Below, piece after piece: positions 63,400 to 64,000 of a stretch of 64,000 nucleotides of DNA. The translations under genes and the position numbers were made by a program. Numbering within the stretch: position 1 is the first letter of the stretch; each line of letters begins with the position of its first letter. The notes under the pieces are model-generated. The model worked only from the letters and a program-made list of their open reading frames with translations. It was not told the DNA's origin and searched no databases. The DNA lies in assembly GCF_036321535.1 (NCBI RefSeq), contig NC_087437.1, positions 16,060,001 to 16,124,000 on the forward strand, written 5' to 3'. The stretch comes from Camelus dromedarius. Its lineage: Eukaryota.

Positions 63400-63555
63400 A
63401 GGAAGAGGACACTATACTGGGAGTCCTGAGAGCAAGGTCCTGCTTTGGGCTCTGCTGTGAGTCACCCTGTGGCCTTGAGCAAATCCATTAACTCAATTTC
63501 CCATCTATAAACTAAAGGCATTGAACTAGATGATTTTGAAAGGGCTCTTTCAGGT
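63400..63555 (+). mobile_element. MIR/MIR3 SINE fossil
   Basis: ctgggagtcctgag...ctgtggccttgagcaaatccattaactcaatttcccatctataaactaaagg...gaactagatgat. Confidence 0.7.
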
Positions 63556-64000
63556 AAAAAAAAAAAAAAAATCTATGAGTCATTCTCTTCAAACAAATCA
63601 AATAAGGGTTTCATTTCCCGAAGTGGGTTCGTCAATGAAAGTTGAAATACCTAAATCCTTCCAGTCTAATAAAAGGGCCAGCAAGTGGCTTCAGTGAATT
63701 TACAGAAAAGCTATTTCAGCAGAAAGCACTTCATGAAGGGAAGAAAGTTTAAATCACTCCACCTAGCCTGTATTTCTTCTGTGTGCTGTGTTTTCACCAT
63801 GTGCTCAGCGCAGGAAACAGATCCTCTCTCAGAGTTCTAAAAAAATGTGGGGGTTTTTTTCGTCTTGTTTATCTTTGTGTGTTGATGCTCGTATCTCTGG
63901 AAGTTCTTTTGGGGGCATTTATACCAATGAGCTGACCGTGAAACAGCTGAACTTGTCAGAAAATCATAATGTGTTTGTATCTTTAAATTTAACCAAGATT

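Overview
Mammalian genomic DNA lying entirely inside the EPHB1 (ephrin type-B receptor 1) gene, transcribed from the + strand. Six coding exons are recovered with canonical AG/GT boundaries and a continuous reading frame: 23609-23733, 30811-30973, 34894-35002, 35889-35953, 47847-47969 and 59636-59883 (exons 6-11 by recalled human numbering). They encode the second FN3 domain, the transmembrane helix, the juxtamembrane segment and the kinase N-lobe. The rest is intronic. It contains six copies of a young tRNA-derived SINE resembling camelid Vic-1 (so the source is probably alpaca/camel, by inference), a young 5'-inverted (twin-primed) L1 with target-site duplication, older L1/L2/L3/MIR/LTR/hAT fossils, simple repeats, a 330-bp C-rich tract and several AT-rich candidate enhancers. 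I found no convincing new multi-gene system. The most interesting signals are local: a CpG-saturated exon 7 that carries all the amino-acid differences from human, an in-frame tandem acceptor at exon 10, immediate intronic stops after the TM and juxtamembrane exons (possible truncated receptors), a frame-closed exon 6-7 module flanked by inverted SINEs, and the twin-primed L1. Repeat family names come from recalled consensus sequences and repeat boundaries are approximate.
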